From positions 172,271 through 236,270 of the forward strand of contig JAJFHS010000053.1 of the NCBI GenBank assembly GCA_021775475.1: a stretch of DNA of 64,000 nt, read 5' to 3'. The stretch comes from Hyphomicrobiales bacterium (GTDB lineage: Bacteria; Pseudomonadota; Alphaproteobacteria; Rhizobiales; JAJFHR01). Positions within the stretch are counted from its first letter, which is position 1; the number at the start of each line of letters is the position of its first letter. Shown here one piece after another: positions 1 to 9,183 of this stretch. The translations under genes and the position numbers were made by a program. The notes under the pieces were generated by a model, which searched no databases, was not told where the DNA came from, and saw only the letters and a program-made list of their open reading frames with translations.

Positions 1-219
1 TGCAAAAATTCTCGCCGGGATTAGTTCTTCATTTCGAAGTTTGATAAATTCGCTGTTTGGACTTGCATCTGGAGCCCGCCATTGTTTTGATAAATCTGGA
101 TTGGAACGACGACAATGTAAAAGTTGTTCTTCGAAACTACGCATTTCACTGAAAGCGTACCATTTATCTCTTTCAAACCACGGCTTATTGATATCCAAAG
201 TACAACAACTACGTGACAT
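1..219 (-). CDS. hypothetical protein, N-terminal part only (ORF runs off the left window edge)
   Basis: Own minus-strand translation. ATG at 219..217 directly abuts the rpoD stop (TAG 222..220) and stays open for 73 codons to position 1 (MSRSCCTLDINKPWFERDKWYAFSEMRSFEEQLLHCRRSNPDL...). Absent from the ORF track, probably because no stop lies in the window. Visibly AT-richer than rpoD. No family recognised. Confidence 0.3.
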   Translation of the reverse strand, partial: MSRSCCTLDINKPWFERDKWYAFSEMRSFEEQLLHCRRSNPDLSKQWRAPDASPNSEFIKLRNEELIPARIFA

Positions 220-2316
220 CTAGTTATCCAGAAAACTCCGAAGCTTGCGACTGCGTGAAGGATGCTTGAGTTTGCGCAGGGCTTTGGCTTCGATCTGGCG
301 GATACGTTCGCGGGTTACCGAGAACTGCTGGCCGACTTCTTCCAGAGTATGATCCGTATTCATACCAATGCCAAAACGCATGCGCAGCACGCGTTCTTCG
401 CGCGGCGTCAATGAGGCCAGCACCCGTGTGGTGGTTTCACGCAAGTTCGATTGAATAGCGGCATCAATCGGCAGGATTGCATTCTTGTCCTCGATGAAAT
501 CGCCAAGATGTGAATCTTCCTCATCGCCAATCGGCGTTTCCAGAGATATCGGCTCCTTGGCAATCTTGAGCACCTTGCGCACTTTTTCAAGTGGCATGGC
601 AAGCTTGTTGGAAAGCTCTTCCGGGGTTGGTTCACGACCGATTTCATGCAGCATCTGACGCGAGGTACGCACCAGTTTGTTGATGGTCTCAATCATATGC
701 ACCGGTATACGGATGGTGCGGGCCTGATCAGCAATAGAGCGCGTAATCGCCTGACGGATCCACCACGTGGCATAGGTTGAAAACTTGTAGCCACGGCGAT
801 ATTCAAATTTATCAACCGCCTTCATCAGGCCGATATTGCCTTCCTGAATGAGATCGAGAAATTGTAATCCGCGGTTGGTATATTTCTTGGCAATGGAGAT
901 CACCAGACGCAAGTTGGCTTCAACCATTTCCTTCTTGGCGCGGCGGGCTTCACGTTCACCTTTTTGCACCATATGGGTGATGCGGCGAAACTCGCTGATT
1001 TCCAGACCGGTTTCAGTTGCCAGCGCAAAGATTTCAGATCGAATGTCACCAACCGGTCCAATCTCTTGTTGAGCGAAGGCTTTCCAGCCCTTGGCCTTGA
1101 GGGCGCCAACGTCTTCAAGCCAGTTGGGATTAAGTTCGTTGCTCTGGTATTCTTTAAGGAAGTTCTCGCGCTTGACACCCTGACTTTCAGCCAGACGCAT
1201 CAAACGACCTTCAAAACTCATCAAGCGCTTGTTGATTTCATAGAGTTGTTCAACCAGCGCTTCAATACGCGCATTATTCAAGGACAGCCCCTTGACGTCC
1301 TCTTCAATTTCCTCACGCAGCTTTTTGTAACGCCGCTCCTGGCTCGTACTCAGGCCTTCATTTTTCAGCTTGTTTTCAACGCGGGTGTCCTGAAGCTTGC
1401 GCAGTTTTTTATAGTTAGACGCAATCTTGTCAAAGACCTCAACCACCTTGGGCTTGAGTTCAGCCTCCATCGCCGCCAGCGACAGGGAATTATCGGCTTC
1501 ATCTTCTTCATCATCGTCCTCGTCACCATTTTCATTTGATTTAGAGGCTTCATCTGTATTGTCTTTGTTGGCTTCCAGCTTTTTCTTCAACGCCGGGTTA
1601 TTCATGCCGCCGCCAAGGGCTGCTACGGTTGCACCGGGACCGTGTGCCGGTGGCTTGGTGATGATACCGGCTTCAGCATTACGTGCTGCCAATGCAGCCG
1701 CCTCGGTAACCTGCTGGCCCAACAATGCCTGGGCAACCTTGGCCTCAGGCCCGGCGTAGGTGGCATCAAGGTCGATGATATCACGCAGTAAGATGGTTCC
1801 TTCGTTCAGTTCATCGCGCCAGATAATAATCGCCTGGAACGTCAAAGGGCTTTCGCACAACCCGGCAATCATCGCTTCGCGCCCGGCCTCAATGCGCTTG
1901 GCAATGGCAATTTCACCTTCACGCGACAGCAACTCAACCGAGCCCATTTCGCGCAAATACATCCTTACCGGATCATCTGTCCTGTCGACAGTTTCGGAAG
2001 CGGGCTTTTCCACCTTGGCGGGCAGTTTGGCTGCAGTCGCCAATTGCCCGTTGGCCTGATTTTCCTCAACTTCATCCTGCTCAATGACATTAATGCCCAT
2101 CTCGGATAGCATAGACAGGGTATCTTCTATCTTTTCTGAAGAAACCTGATCCGAGGGCAAAACCTCATTGAGTTCATCATAGGTCACGTACCCGCGTTGT
2201 TTGGCGAGTTTTATAAGACCTTTAACTGCCTTGCCCGTCATATCAAGCAACGGCCCATCCTGGGTTTCGCTGCTTGCATCTGCCTTTTTGTCTTTTTCGG
2301 CCGTTTTTGTCGCCAT
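220..2316 (-). CDS. rpoD: RNA polymerase primary sigma factor (sigma-70)
   Basis: Acidic region 1, region 2 ([32 protein letters not shown]), and region 4.2 HTH ([27 protein letters not shown]). Start moved from 2418 to ATG 2316 ([11 protein letters not shown]), a typical sigma-70 N-terminus. Sits downstream of dnaG. Confidence 0.95.
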   Translation of the reverse strand: MATKTAEKDKKADASSETQDGPLLDMTGKAVKGLIKLAKQRGYVTYDELNEVLPSDQVSSEKIEDTLSMLSEMGINVIEQDEVEENQANGQLATAAKLPAKVEKPASETVDRTDDPVRMYLREMGSVELLSREGEIAIAKRIEAGREAMIAGLCESPLTFQAIIIWRDELNEGTILLRDIIDLDATYAGPEAKVAQALLGQQVTEAAALAARNAEAGIITKPPAHGPGATVAALGGGMNNPALKKKLEANKDNTDEASKSNENGDEDDDEEDEADNSLSLAAMEAELKPKVVEVFDKIASNYKKLRKLQDTRVENKLKNEGLSTSQERRYKKLREEIEEDVKGLSLNNARIEALVEQLYEINKRLMSFEGRLMRLAESQGVKRENFLKEYQSNELNPNWLEDVGALKAKGWKAFAQQEIGPVGDIRSEIFALATETGLEISEFRRITHMVQKGEREARRAKKEMVEANLRLVISIAKKYTNRGLQFLDLIQEGNIGLMKAVDKFEYRRGYKFSTYATWWIRQAITRSIADQARTIRIPVHMIETINKLVRTSRQMLHEIGREPTPEELSNKLAMPLEKVRKVLKIAKEPISLETPIGDEEDSHLGDFIEDKNAILPIDAAIQSNLRETTTRVLASLTPREERVLRMRFGIGMNTDHTLEEVGQQFSVTRERIRQIEAKALRKLKHPSRSRKLRSFLDN

Positions 2317-2569
2317 ATTTCCAATAACTCCAAGACAGCGCCTGCTTTGGCGCAATCTGGATGGTATTGATCCAGCCTTGATTATTCTTAATCGCGGGCC
2401 GCCAACACCATCGTGCAAAAATAGCTAATTGCCTCAGTTACAAGGACAATCAGCGTGTGTTCTCTACCTTTTTTAGGTCAGTTACGTTAAACTCACCTTA
2501 ACCACGTACAACTATTTCGAGCTTATTTTCCAGCATCTGTTTCGCGGCTCTCATCTGAAAGACCGGAAA

Positions 2570-4480
2570 TCAAATTTTGGAACTCACTCCATCGCCTCGA
2601 GCTTCAATGCCATCGGCACTGATTAGTTGACTGCGGATATCCGTCAGCCGCTTAAAATTCTCTTCACTGCTGTCCTGCACATAGGCCAGTTCAGCAACAT
2701 TTAACTCCTTACGCAGCGAAAATGCCCTCACATGCAATTCGGCTGCCTGTCGCCAACCGCAAATAGCTTCTTCATCAGACGCTTGGTCCTGAACAAACCG
2801 GTCACTTGCATGCGTCAGCGCAGCGTCTAGCCGCTCCAGCAAAGAAACGCAGTTATGCTCTACCAATTGGGATTTCATACCTTGATTTTCAAGAGGCTGG
2901 GTGGCGGACGCGACATCTATTATCACAGACCGCAGTTTGTCAAGCTCAGCTATGGAAAATTCCAGGTTCGAAAACTCTTCCAAAACCTCGTCTAACATAC
3001 CGGGATGATTAATTATTGTCATAAACAACAAGGCTTCGCGTGGCTCTATCTGCCAACCTTGCTGGTTACGGGCAAGCGTACTCTTTTTCAGCGCTTCCGA
3101 AACTCCCGACGTCTGGCGCGGGGATTTATAGCGCCCCCCTTGCCAGTTTCCTGTTCTGGCGCTTGCGCCAGACGGCTTGAACTGGCGGTTTTTTCTGTTT
3201 GTTGTTCCTGTCGGCTGCCACAGTTTTTGCAAACGATCACCCAGGGCGGCTTCATAGTGATGGCGTACCTTCTGGTCTGTGATGCTTGTCGCAGCTTCCA
3301 TAATTCGCCGCTCAAGAAGAGCGCGTTTTTCCGGCGTTTGCCAGGTATCACTCTCGGCTTCACGCCGCCACAGCAGGTTAATCAGCGGCAGGGCATCCTC
3401 CACCACCTGCTCAAAAGCATCGCGCCCCTGGGCCTTGATCAGATCATCGGGATCAAGGCCATCGGGCAACAAGGCAAAACGCACAGATTGTCCCGGTGCC
3501 AGCATTGGCAAGGCCAGATCAATGGCGCGATAAGCTGCTTTCAGCCCCGCTTTATCACCATCAAAACACAGGATTGGCTCTGGTGACATGCGCCACAACA
3601 GGCGCAGCTGGCTTTCGGTCAATGCCGTGCCTAACGGTGCCACCGCATTATCAAACCCGGCCATACCGAGCGCAATTACATCCATATAACCTTCAACGGC
3701 TATGACTTTTCCCTGATCATAAGCCGCCTGTCTGGCGCGCGAGATATTGTAGAGCACATGGCCTTTGTGAAACAGCGGCGTCTCAGGTGAATTGAGATAT
3801 TTGGCTGGCTGGTCTTCAGACAGAGCGCGGCCACCAAAGGCGATCACCCGGCCCTTAACATCCATAATCGGAAACATCACCCGATTGCGAAACCGATCAT
3901 AGGATACCGCAATATCGGCACCACCAATAATCATTCCAGCCTCAATCATCTCGTTTTGTGAGACACCTTTTGAATTGAGAAACTGCTTGAGGTCATAGCG
4001 CCCTGAAGGTGAATACCCCAGACCATAGGTCTGTTGAGTGGCACTTGTAACACCGCGTTCGTTTAAATATCCCCGCGCCAATGCCCCGTTTTGCGATTGC
4101 AAAGCATCAACAAAGAAAGCTTGCGCCAGTTTCATTACGTCCAAAAGCCCGGTGCGTTTTTTCTCCTGCTGTTCCACCTCGGCCGATCGCTCAGGCATCG
4201 CCACACCGGCCTCATGCGCCAGGCGCTCAACCGCCTCAGGAAAGCTCAACCCTTCCACTTCGGTCAGAAACGAAAAGATATCCCCGTGCTTGCCGGAAGA
4301 AAAACAGTGATAAAACCCTTTTTGATCATTAACGGTAAAGGACGGCGTCTTTTCGGAATTAAACGGTGACAGACCAACAAATTCGCGACCGCGCTTCTGC
4401 AATTTGACGCGTCGGCCTATGACGTCTGAAACAGGCAGACGGGCACGAATCTCATCGAGAAGCGAGGGCGGAAATTTCAT
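2570..4480 (-). CDS. dnaG: DNA primase
   Basis: N-terminal CHC2 zinc-finger region (FYHCFSSGKHGDIFSF). TOPRIM region (VIAVEGYMDVIAL ... CFDGDKAGLKAA). Classic dnaG-rpoD operon order. Confidence 0.95.
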   Translation of the reverse strand: MKFPPSLLDEIRARLPVSDVIGRRVKLQKRGREFVGLSPFNSEKTPSFTVNDQKGFYHCFSSGKHGDIFSFLTEVEGLSFPEAVERLAHEAGVAMPERSAEVEQQEKKRTGLLDVMKLAQAFFVDALQSQNGALARGYLNERGVTSATQQTYGLGYSPSGRYDLKQFLNSKGVSQNEMIEAGMIIGGADIAVSYDRFRNRVMFPIMDVKGRVIAFGGRALSEDQPAKYLNSPETPLFHKGHVLYNISRARQAAYDQGKVIAVEGYMDVIALGMAGFDNAVAPLGTALTESQLRLLWRMSPEPILCFDGDKAGLKAAYRAIDLALPMLAPGQSVRFALLPDGLDPDDLIKAQGRDAFEQVVEDALPLINLLWRREAESDTWQTPEKRALLERRIMEAATSITDQKVRHHYEAALGDRLQKLWQPTGTTNRKNRQFKPSGASARTGNWQGGRYKSPRQTSGVSEALKKSTLARNQQGWQIEPREALLFMTIINHPGMLDEVLEEFSNLEFSIAELDKLRSVIIDVASATQPLENQGMKSQLVEHNCVSLLERLDAALTHASDRFVQDQASDEEAICGWRQAAELHVRAFSLRKELNVAELAYVQDSSEENFKRLTDIRSQLISADGIEARGDGVSSKI

Positions 4481-4526
4481 CGGTCTTATCGGGCTCTAAT
4501 CTGATGGTGAAAACAACTATCTTCCC

Positions 4527-4552
4527 GTCATTCCCGCCTTGGCGGGAATGAC
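4527..4552. repeat. REP-like intergenic palindrome
   Basis: Perfect 12-bp inverted repeat GTCATTCCCGCC-TT-GGCGGGAATGAC. Shares the GTCAT(C/T)CC core with palindromes at 9821, 62792, 62903 and 62991. Confidence 0.7.
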
Positions 4553-4588
4553 AGAAGGATTAGCTGTGATTATACACGCATCCAGATT

Positions 4589-5416
4589 TTAAGACAACGC
4601 CATCACCCGCGCAGGCCCACCAGTGCCACCGCGTAATTTTGGCGCACCAACTATGAGGGTTGCCCCTTTTACGGGCAATGCGTCGAGATTGGCAACACAC
4701 TCAAGCCCCCAGCGGCCTTGCGGCAACCAGGCATAATGAGTGGCAAAATCTGCCGAAAAACCATAATCAAGCGACAGCGTATCAACTGCCATGCCGACAG
4801 ATTTGGTTTCTTCCAGCAACATTTTTGTCGCTTCGATGTGAAAGCCGGGAAAGTGCATTTTACCCTTGTCATCGGCATTTCTGAACTTGTCGCCACTGGT
4901 AAACTTGTCCCAGCCCGACATCATCGCCACACAGGCGCCATCAGCTATCGGCCCGTTGGCAGAGACATAGGCTTTAATGTCATCCGGTGTAACTTGCGCA
5001 TCGGCGCTGGCTGCCGCTTTTTCACGAATATCAATAATCGCCAGGGGGCAAAACAGGTTTTCAACGGGAATTTCAGCAACTGAATTTCCATCGGCAGAAA
5101 AATGCAAAGGGGCATCCATATGCGTACCGGTATGCTCATTGATGGTATTAATGTTCAAATTAAATCCATCTTTCTTGAACTTATACAGCTGCTCAACCGA
5201 AACACCTGACTTGCCGAAATATGTCGGGAAATTCTCATGCAACTCGTGCGTCAGATCTGACGGTTTGCCGTTTGAGATATTTATTTCCGCAGCAACCACC
5301 GGAGTTGCCGCACCGCCAACGGCTGCTGCAGCGGAAGCCAGTGCTACACCTTTGAAAAAGTTACGCCGGTCAAGCATCTTGCCCTTGACCGCTTCCATCA
5401 CACAATGATCACACAT
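4589..5416 (-). CDS. cyclase-family protein (arylformamidase-like) with Tat-type signal
   Basis: Twin-arginine motif DRRNFFKGVALASAAAAVGG near the N-terminus. HTGTHMDAPLHF motif typical of the putative-cyclase/kynurenine-formamidase fold. The exact start among M1/M7/M14 is uncertain. Confidence 0.6.
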   Translation of the reverse strand: MCDHCVMEAVKGKMLDRRNFFKGVALASAAAAVGGAATPVVAAEINISNGKPSDLTHELHENFPTYFGKSGVSVEQLYKFKKDGFNLNINTINEHTGTHMDAPLHFSADGNSVAEIPVENLFCPLAIIDIREKAAASADAQVTPDDIKAYVSANGPIADGACVAMMSGWDKFTSGDKFRNADDKGKMHFPGFHIEATKMLLEETKSVGMAVDTLSLDYGFSADFATHYAWLPQGRWGLECVANLDALPVKGATLIVGAPKLRGGTGGPARVMALS

Positions 5417-5585
5417 AGTCTATCTCTCCCTTTGATTGTTATACTATTCAATCACAAACAATGATTATGGCAAAGAAGTTTCTAAGCTCAAAACCTGTAT
5501 ACGACGATGTGCCGAACTTCGGGTTTGAGCAGCCTTCGACGACAATTCGGCACATTGCCGCAAAATTCTATACCCAGCCCTGGAG

Positions 5586-6101
5586 TTACCCATTGAACAG
5601 GCTGAGCTGATCGCTTTCATGGTCAAGAACGCCTTCATGGCGCAGTAGATATTCCTTTGTTGCCAGCCCCCCGCCAAAACCTGTAAGCGTGCCATTTGCC
5701 CCGATGACGCGATGGCAGGGCAGAATAATCGGCAACGGGTTATTGCCGTTGGCAGCACCCACCGCCCGACTGGTTTTGGGCCGTCCAAGTGCGGTTGCGA
5801 GCTGCCCGTAGGAGCGCGTCTTTCCAAACGGGATTTCGGATAAATAGCGCCAGACACTGTTCTGAAAATCCGTGCCGGACAGACAAAGCCGAAGATCAAA
5901 CTGGCGCAAATCACCAGAGAAATAGGCGTCAAGCTGGCGTCGGACTTCAACAAACGGCGCATCCGAGCAACGCCAATCCGGGCGGGGGCCGAACGCCTTG
6001 TGACCTGTAGAAAAACTCAGGAAATGCAGCGCCTGCCCATCTCCTGCGGCCAGCAGCGGTCCCACAGGGCTGTCGATATGCGTGTAGCACAGCCCGGTCA
6101 T
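5586..6101 (-). CDS. ogt: methylated-DNA--protein-cysteine methyltransferase
   Basis: Active-site PCHRVIG motif followed by LTGFGGGLATKEYLLRHEG. Size of 171 aa fits the family. Confidence 0.85.
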   Translation of the reverse strand: MTGLCYTHIDSPVGPLLAAGDGQALHFLSFSTGHKAFGPRPDWRCSDAPFVEVRRQLDAYFSGDLRQFDLRLCLSGTDFQNSVWRYLSEIPFGKTRSYGQLATALGRPKTSRAVGAANGNNPLPIILPCHRVIGANGTLTGFGGGLATKEYLLRHEGVLDHESDQLSLFNG

Positions 6102-6339
6102 TGTTTTGCGCGTCCGATGCGAAGCGTTTGTGCGGTCTTAAGCGGAGATGCGCCGATATAGTCCGCAAAGAGCCGTGACAAAAGCCGGGTCCCGGCGCAA
6201 TGGCGCCTTATTTCAGATTTCAAAGTCAAGCATGTAGCCATGTTTAGCCTCGCAAAACCTCTCAGGCGAGGCTCCTTAAGTGATCGCGTCCGAAAACCAC
6301 CGGCTTTTATCGGCCATCATCTGATTATGAGACCCGAGC

Positions 6340-7722
6340 CTAGGCCGCCAGTAAAGAATCAGCCTTGGATTGGGCCTGGGCTGCACGATGGCTATCATTG
6401 AGGCCCTTGTGAGCACGCGCCACATATTTCCAGTTTTGTGCACTGCTGGGTTTGAGCGCGCACCGCTCATTGGCCAAAGCAAGTGCCAAATCAAACCGGC
6501 GTGCCCGCAACGATGCTTCAAGCAAAGTCCAGCCGATAATGTCACGCTGGGCAAAACTGCCGCCAAGCCGATGGGTGTTGTAACGCGCCGGCAACAAGCG
6601 GTCGACACACTCACCATACTTACCTTGAGCAAACGCCTGAAGGGCGAGGCAAAACGGAATGCCCATCTCGCGGCTCATCGCCACATTGGCGTCGGATGCA
6701 TGTTCAACATAACGCGCATTGGCATTGAGTAATTGTTCGGCAGCATCTTGTCGATTGTCTGATACAAACGCCATCATCGCATGCACATCATTAAACGCAT
6801 AAAGCGTGTCACTGGCGCTCGTCTGCCATTTATCCGCCAGTTCCGACCAGCGATCCTCCACATCAACATCAAGCAGTTTCAGCCGCCACAATAAAGCAGC
6901 GGCATCAAGTTCTTCATACTTGTCGCCCGAGTGTTGCTGGGTTCGCAGGTGATTATCATAAATGTGCAACACCGTGTCCACTTGGCCTACATCCATATGA
7001 AACAAAGATAAGTGCCACCACAGGTGATTGGCAAAATTGGAGTTGGCCCAATGGTTCTCGTGGTGCTTCATGAACGCGATACCGCCGGATTGACGCCCGC
7101 GCATTTCCATCACATGCGCCACCGCATGAACCGCATAGGGGTTATTGGGGCGCAGAGCCAAAGATTGCCGCCCCAGTTCCTCCGCATGCATAAAGTCGCG
7201 GTTTTCTTCCAACCCGAAGGAATAAAACCCCAGGACAAACTCATACCCTGGCACTGATTCATCCCAGATTGAAAACACCCGCGCCACACAATCACGCTGA
7301 CCGACAACGTCACCCAGCAAGACATCAGACAGATGCACCATTTGCAGCGCTAGCAAATCAAGCGGATGGCGCGTAAGGGCTGTTTCCCAATGTTGTACAG
7401 CGCCATAAAAATCGCCATCAACCCAGGCACGCACGGCTTGAATATGGTCGCGTTCGCGTTCATTGGCGATAGGCCACAAGACTTCAGCCGCCTCAACACT
7501 TTTCAGCAAAATCGAATAAATTCGCGTTTCCATATCATGCGTCAGCATGGCGGCCTTAAAACAATAGCCCATGACAAAATCGCGATGAGCCTCAAGAACC
7601 TTGTCAATTTCACCCACCGCATCGCCATTAAACACCAGCGCACACAGATGTGCAGATTCCATGGCTTTAATCGCATCGGCTGAATTACTTGATGTGGGGA
7701 TGCCCCGGCAATCCTTAAGCAT
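6340..7722 (-). CDS. TPR-like helical repeat protein (TTC38-like family)
   Basis: 460-aa all-helical repeat protein. Family assignment is from memory of bacterial TTC38 homologs and is unverified. Divergent from an Lrp/AsnC regulator. Confidence 0.45.
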   Translation of the reverse strand: MLKDCRGIPTSSNSADAIKAMESAHLCALVFNGDAVGEIDKVLEAHRDFVMGYCFKAAMLTHDMETRIYSILLKSVEAAEVLWPIANERERDHIQAVRAWVDGDFYGAVQHWETALTRHPLDLLALQMVHLSDVLLGDVVGQRDCVARVFSIWDESVPGYEFVLGFYSFGLEENRDFMHAEELGRQSLALRPNNPYAVHAVAHVMEMRGRQSGGIAFMKHHENHWANSNFANHLWWHLSLFHMDVGQVDTVLHIYDNHLRTQQHSGDKYEELDAAALLWRLKLLDVDVEDRWSELADKWQTSASDTLYAFNDVHAMMAFVSDNRQDAAEQLLNANARYVEHASDANVAMSREMGIPFCLALQAFAQGKYGECVDRLLPARYNTHRLGGSFAQRDIIGWTLLEASLRARRFDLALALANERCALKPSSAQNWKYVARAHKGLNDSHRAAQAQSKADSLLAA

Positions 7723-7849
7723 TCACATTATCTCCAATTGTAACCAAAATTTGCACGTTTTATGAAAGACTTGTAAGTTATCATCAAAATTCGATGATTT
7801 CTCACCAAATTAAACCAACTTATACTAAATTTTTAGAGGTTTTCAGCTA

Positions 7850-8308
7850 ATGTCTCTTGATCAATTTGACAAGAAAATTCTCACCGCTTTGCAAAAAGAC
7901 GGTCGCGCCAGCGTTGAGCGCGTTGCCGAACAAGTGGGGTTATCGCCCACCCCAACACGCCGCCGCATCCGCCGATTAGAAGAAACTGGCGTTATTGCCG
8001 GTTATGCCGCCCGGATCGACCCGGCAGCCTGTGGGCTTGATCTTTCATTGTATGTTTTCGTCAAACTCGAAAGCCGCTATCGTTCCAACATAGAAAGTTT
8101 TGAAACCGCCGTACAGAAGATGGCCGAAGTGGTCAGCTGCCACCTCATCACCGGCGCTCATGATTATCTGCTGGTCATGCACCTGGCCAGCATCAACGAT
8201 TACAACCGCTACCTGCGCGAAGTCATCGCCAACATCCCCGGCATCATCGGCATAGAAACCAGCGTGGTCATCGGCGAGGTCAAGAATAACCGGGTGCTGG
8301 CTTTGTAA
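7850..8308 (+). CDS. Lrp/AsnC family transcriptional regulator
   Basis: N-terminal HTH (LDQFDKKILTALQKDGRASVERVAEQVGLSPTPTRRRIRRLEETGVI) plus C-terminal RAM/AsnC_trans_reg domain. 152 aa. Confidence 0.9.
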   Translation: MSLDQFDKKILTALQKDGRASVERVAEQVGLSPTPTRRRIRRLEETGVIAGYAARIDPAACGLDLSLYVFVKLESRYRSNIESFETAVQKMAEVVSCHLITGAHDYLLVMHLASINDYNRYLREVIANIPGIIGIETSVVIGEVKNNRVLAL

Positions 8309-8331
8309 GTAGCGAGAGTATCTTAAAAAAG

Positions 8332-8360
8332 TTGACACACATCAAACTTTAGACTAAAAT
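8332..8360 (+). promoter_or_regulatory. near-consensus sigma-70 promoter (TTGACA-N17-TAAAAT)
   Basis: TTGACA at 8332-8337, a 17-nt spacer, TAAAAT at 8355-8360, and an A-tract immediately upstream. A second candidate (TTGACT 8405-8410 followed by an AT-rich -10 around 8428-8435) lies 73 bp downstream. Confidence 0.5.
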
Positions 8361-8380
8361 CTACTAGATTTTAGTCTAAA
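8348..8380. promoter_or_regulatory. perfect 33-bp palindrome (candidate operator) overlapping the -10 and TSS
   Basis: TTTAGACTAAAATCTA-C-TAGATTTTAGTCTAAA. All 16 arm pairs were checked base by base. The left arm contains the -10 hexamer of the 8332 promoter. Confidence 0.5.
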
Positions 8381-8439
8381 TCAAAAAAATACTCCAAAAA
8401 TTCATTGACTGTCAAGCTTTTATGTCCAATATATATTGC

Positions 8440-8556
8440 ATGAACGCATAACAGGATGAGCGTTCGCCCGCCAGAAATGGTCCTCACCCAAGAGTGGGAT
8501 AACCAAGAGGTACCTGATTAAGACAAAGCCTCCGTTGATCGGGGGTTTTGTTATTT
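8440..8556 (+). ncRNA. candidate small RNA, or mRNA for a 21-codon micro-ORF (8456..8521)
   Basis: Bounded by the promoter candidates and an intrinsic terminator. Contains local hairpins (GAACGC-N12-GCGTTC at about 8442-8465). The micro-ORF MSVRPPEMVLTQEWDNQEVPD has poor SD spacing. No known RNA family recognised. Confidence 0.3.
8525..8556 (+). terminator. intrinsic terminator, possibly bidirectional
   Basis: Stem CCTCCG/CGGGGG (one G-U pair) with loop TTGAT, then TTTTGTTATTT. An A-rich tract upstream could serve the convergent minus-strand ORF, which ends at 8551. Confidence 0.55.
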
Positions 8557-9183
8557 CTGACGCCGGATAGTCCTGTTATGCTTTGTATTAAAAGCAATAA
8601 CAGAGAATTTTACTGGCTTTCTTACCTTTGGACGAGAGATCATTCCCTGCACATACGCGCTATTTACATAAAATTTCAATCGACCGCCTTTACCATTCTT
8701 CGTTACAGTAAAATAGATCGTATATTCAGAGCGGTTTCCCTGATCATCGATCGTATCAACAGTAAAAAAGCTGCCGTGATTTGTATGAAAACATTTCCTA
8801 TTATCAATCCCACGTATTATGTTTGGCAAAGAAAATGAGAGTTTGTACCTATTTAGATCAATGATCCTCGTTTCCCTGCTATCGGAGTATGTCAACACGG
8901 CAGAAATTGATTCGTATGGCTTTGGACTCCGTGTAAAACAGTGCAGAGAAAACAGCACTTCTATAGAGTATATTTGTTCAGGCTTACCATCCTTTGCAGC
9001 AACCACAAAATCAAACTCGAACGGATGCAGGTGGGATAGACTGTAAACCCTACCTTCAATTTTAAACGGCTTCCAACGCAAGTTTTTTCTCAATTCATAA
9101 AAAGTAAATCGGCAAGCAGATGCTGCCAAAGGTAAAACCATTGAACAGCGCAATGTAAACAATAAACAATCTGAATAAAACAT
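8551..9183 (-). CDS. orphan hypothetical protein (210 aa)
   Basis: Long uninterrupted ORF in a visibly AT-rich stretch, where random ORFs should be short. Plausible globular composition. No motif recognised. Start uncertain (M1 at 9183 or M15 at 9141). Confidence 0.5.
   Translation of the reverse strand: MFYSDCLLFTLRCSMVLPLAASACRFTFYELRKNLRWKPFKIEGRVYSLSHLHPFEFDFVVAAKDGKPEQIYSIEVLFSLHCFTRSPKPYESISAVLTYSDSRETRIIDLNRYKLSFSLPNIIRGIDNRKCFHTNHGSFFTVDTIDDQGNRSEYTIYFTVTKNGKGGRLKFYVNSAYVQGMISRPKVRKPVKFSVIAFNTKHNRTIRRQK

Noticed and set aside
964-1539. 191-aa plus-strand ORF, along with similar ORFs at 1427-2059 and 3005-3586
   Set aside because: All are antisense or out of frame within rpoD or dnaG, which carry unmistakable conserved motifs.
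5509-5552. 8-bp inverted repeat GTGCCGAA-N28-TTCGGCAC downstream of ogt, considered as a possible terminator
   Set aside because: The loop is long, no U-tract follows on either strand, and the sequence is unrelated to the REP family. The evidence is too weak to call.
8548-8838. 96-aa plus-strand ORF inside the AT-rich islet
   Set aside because: It fully overlaps the longer 210-aa minus-strand ORF and begins inside the terminator T-tract. No SD is present. The longer ORF is the more parsimonious coding call, though neither is verified.
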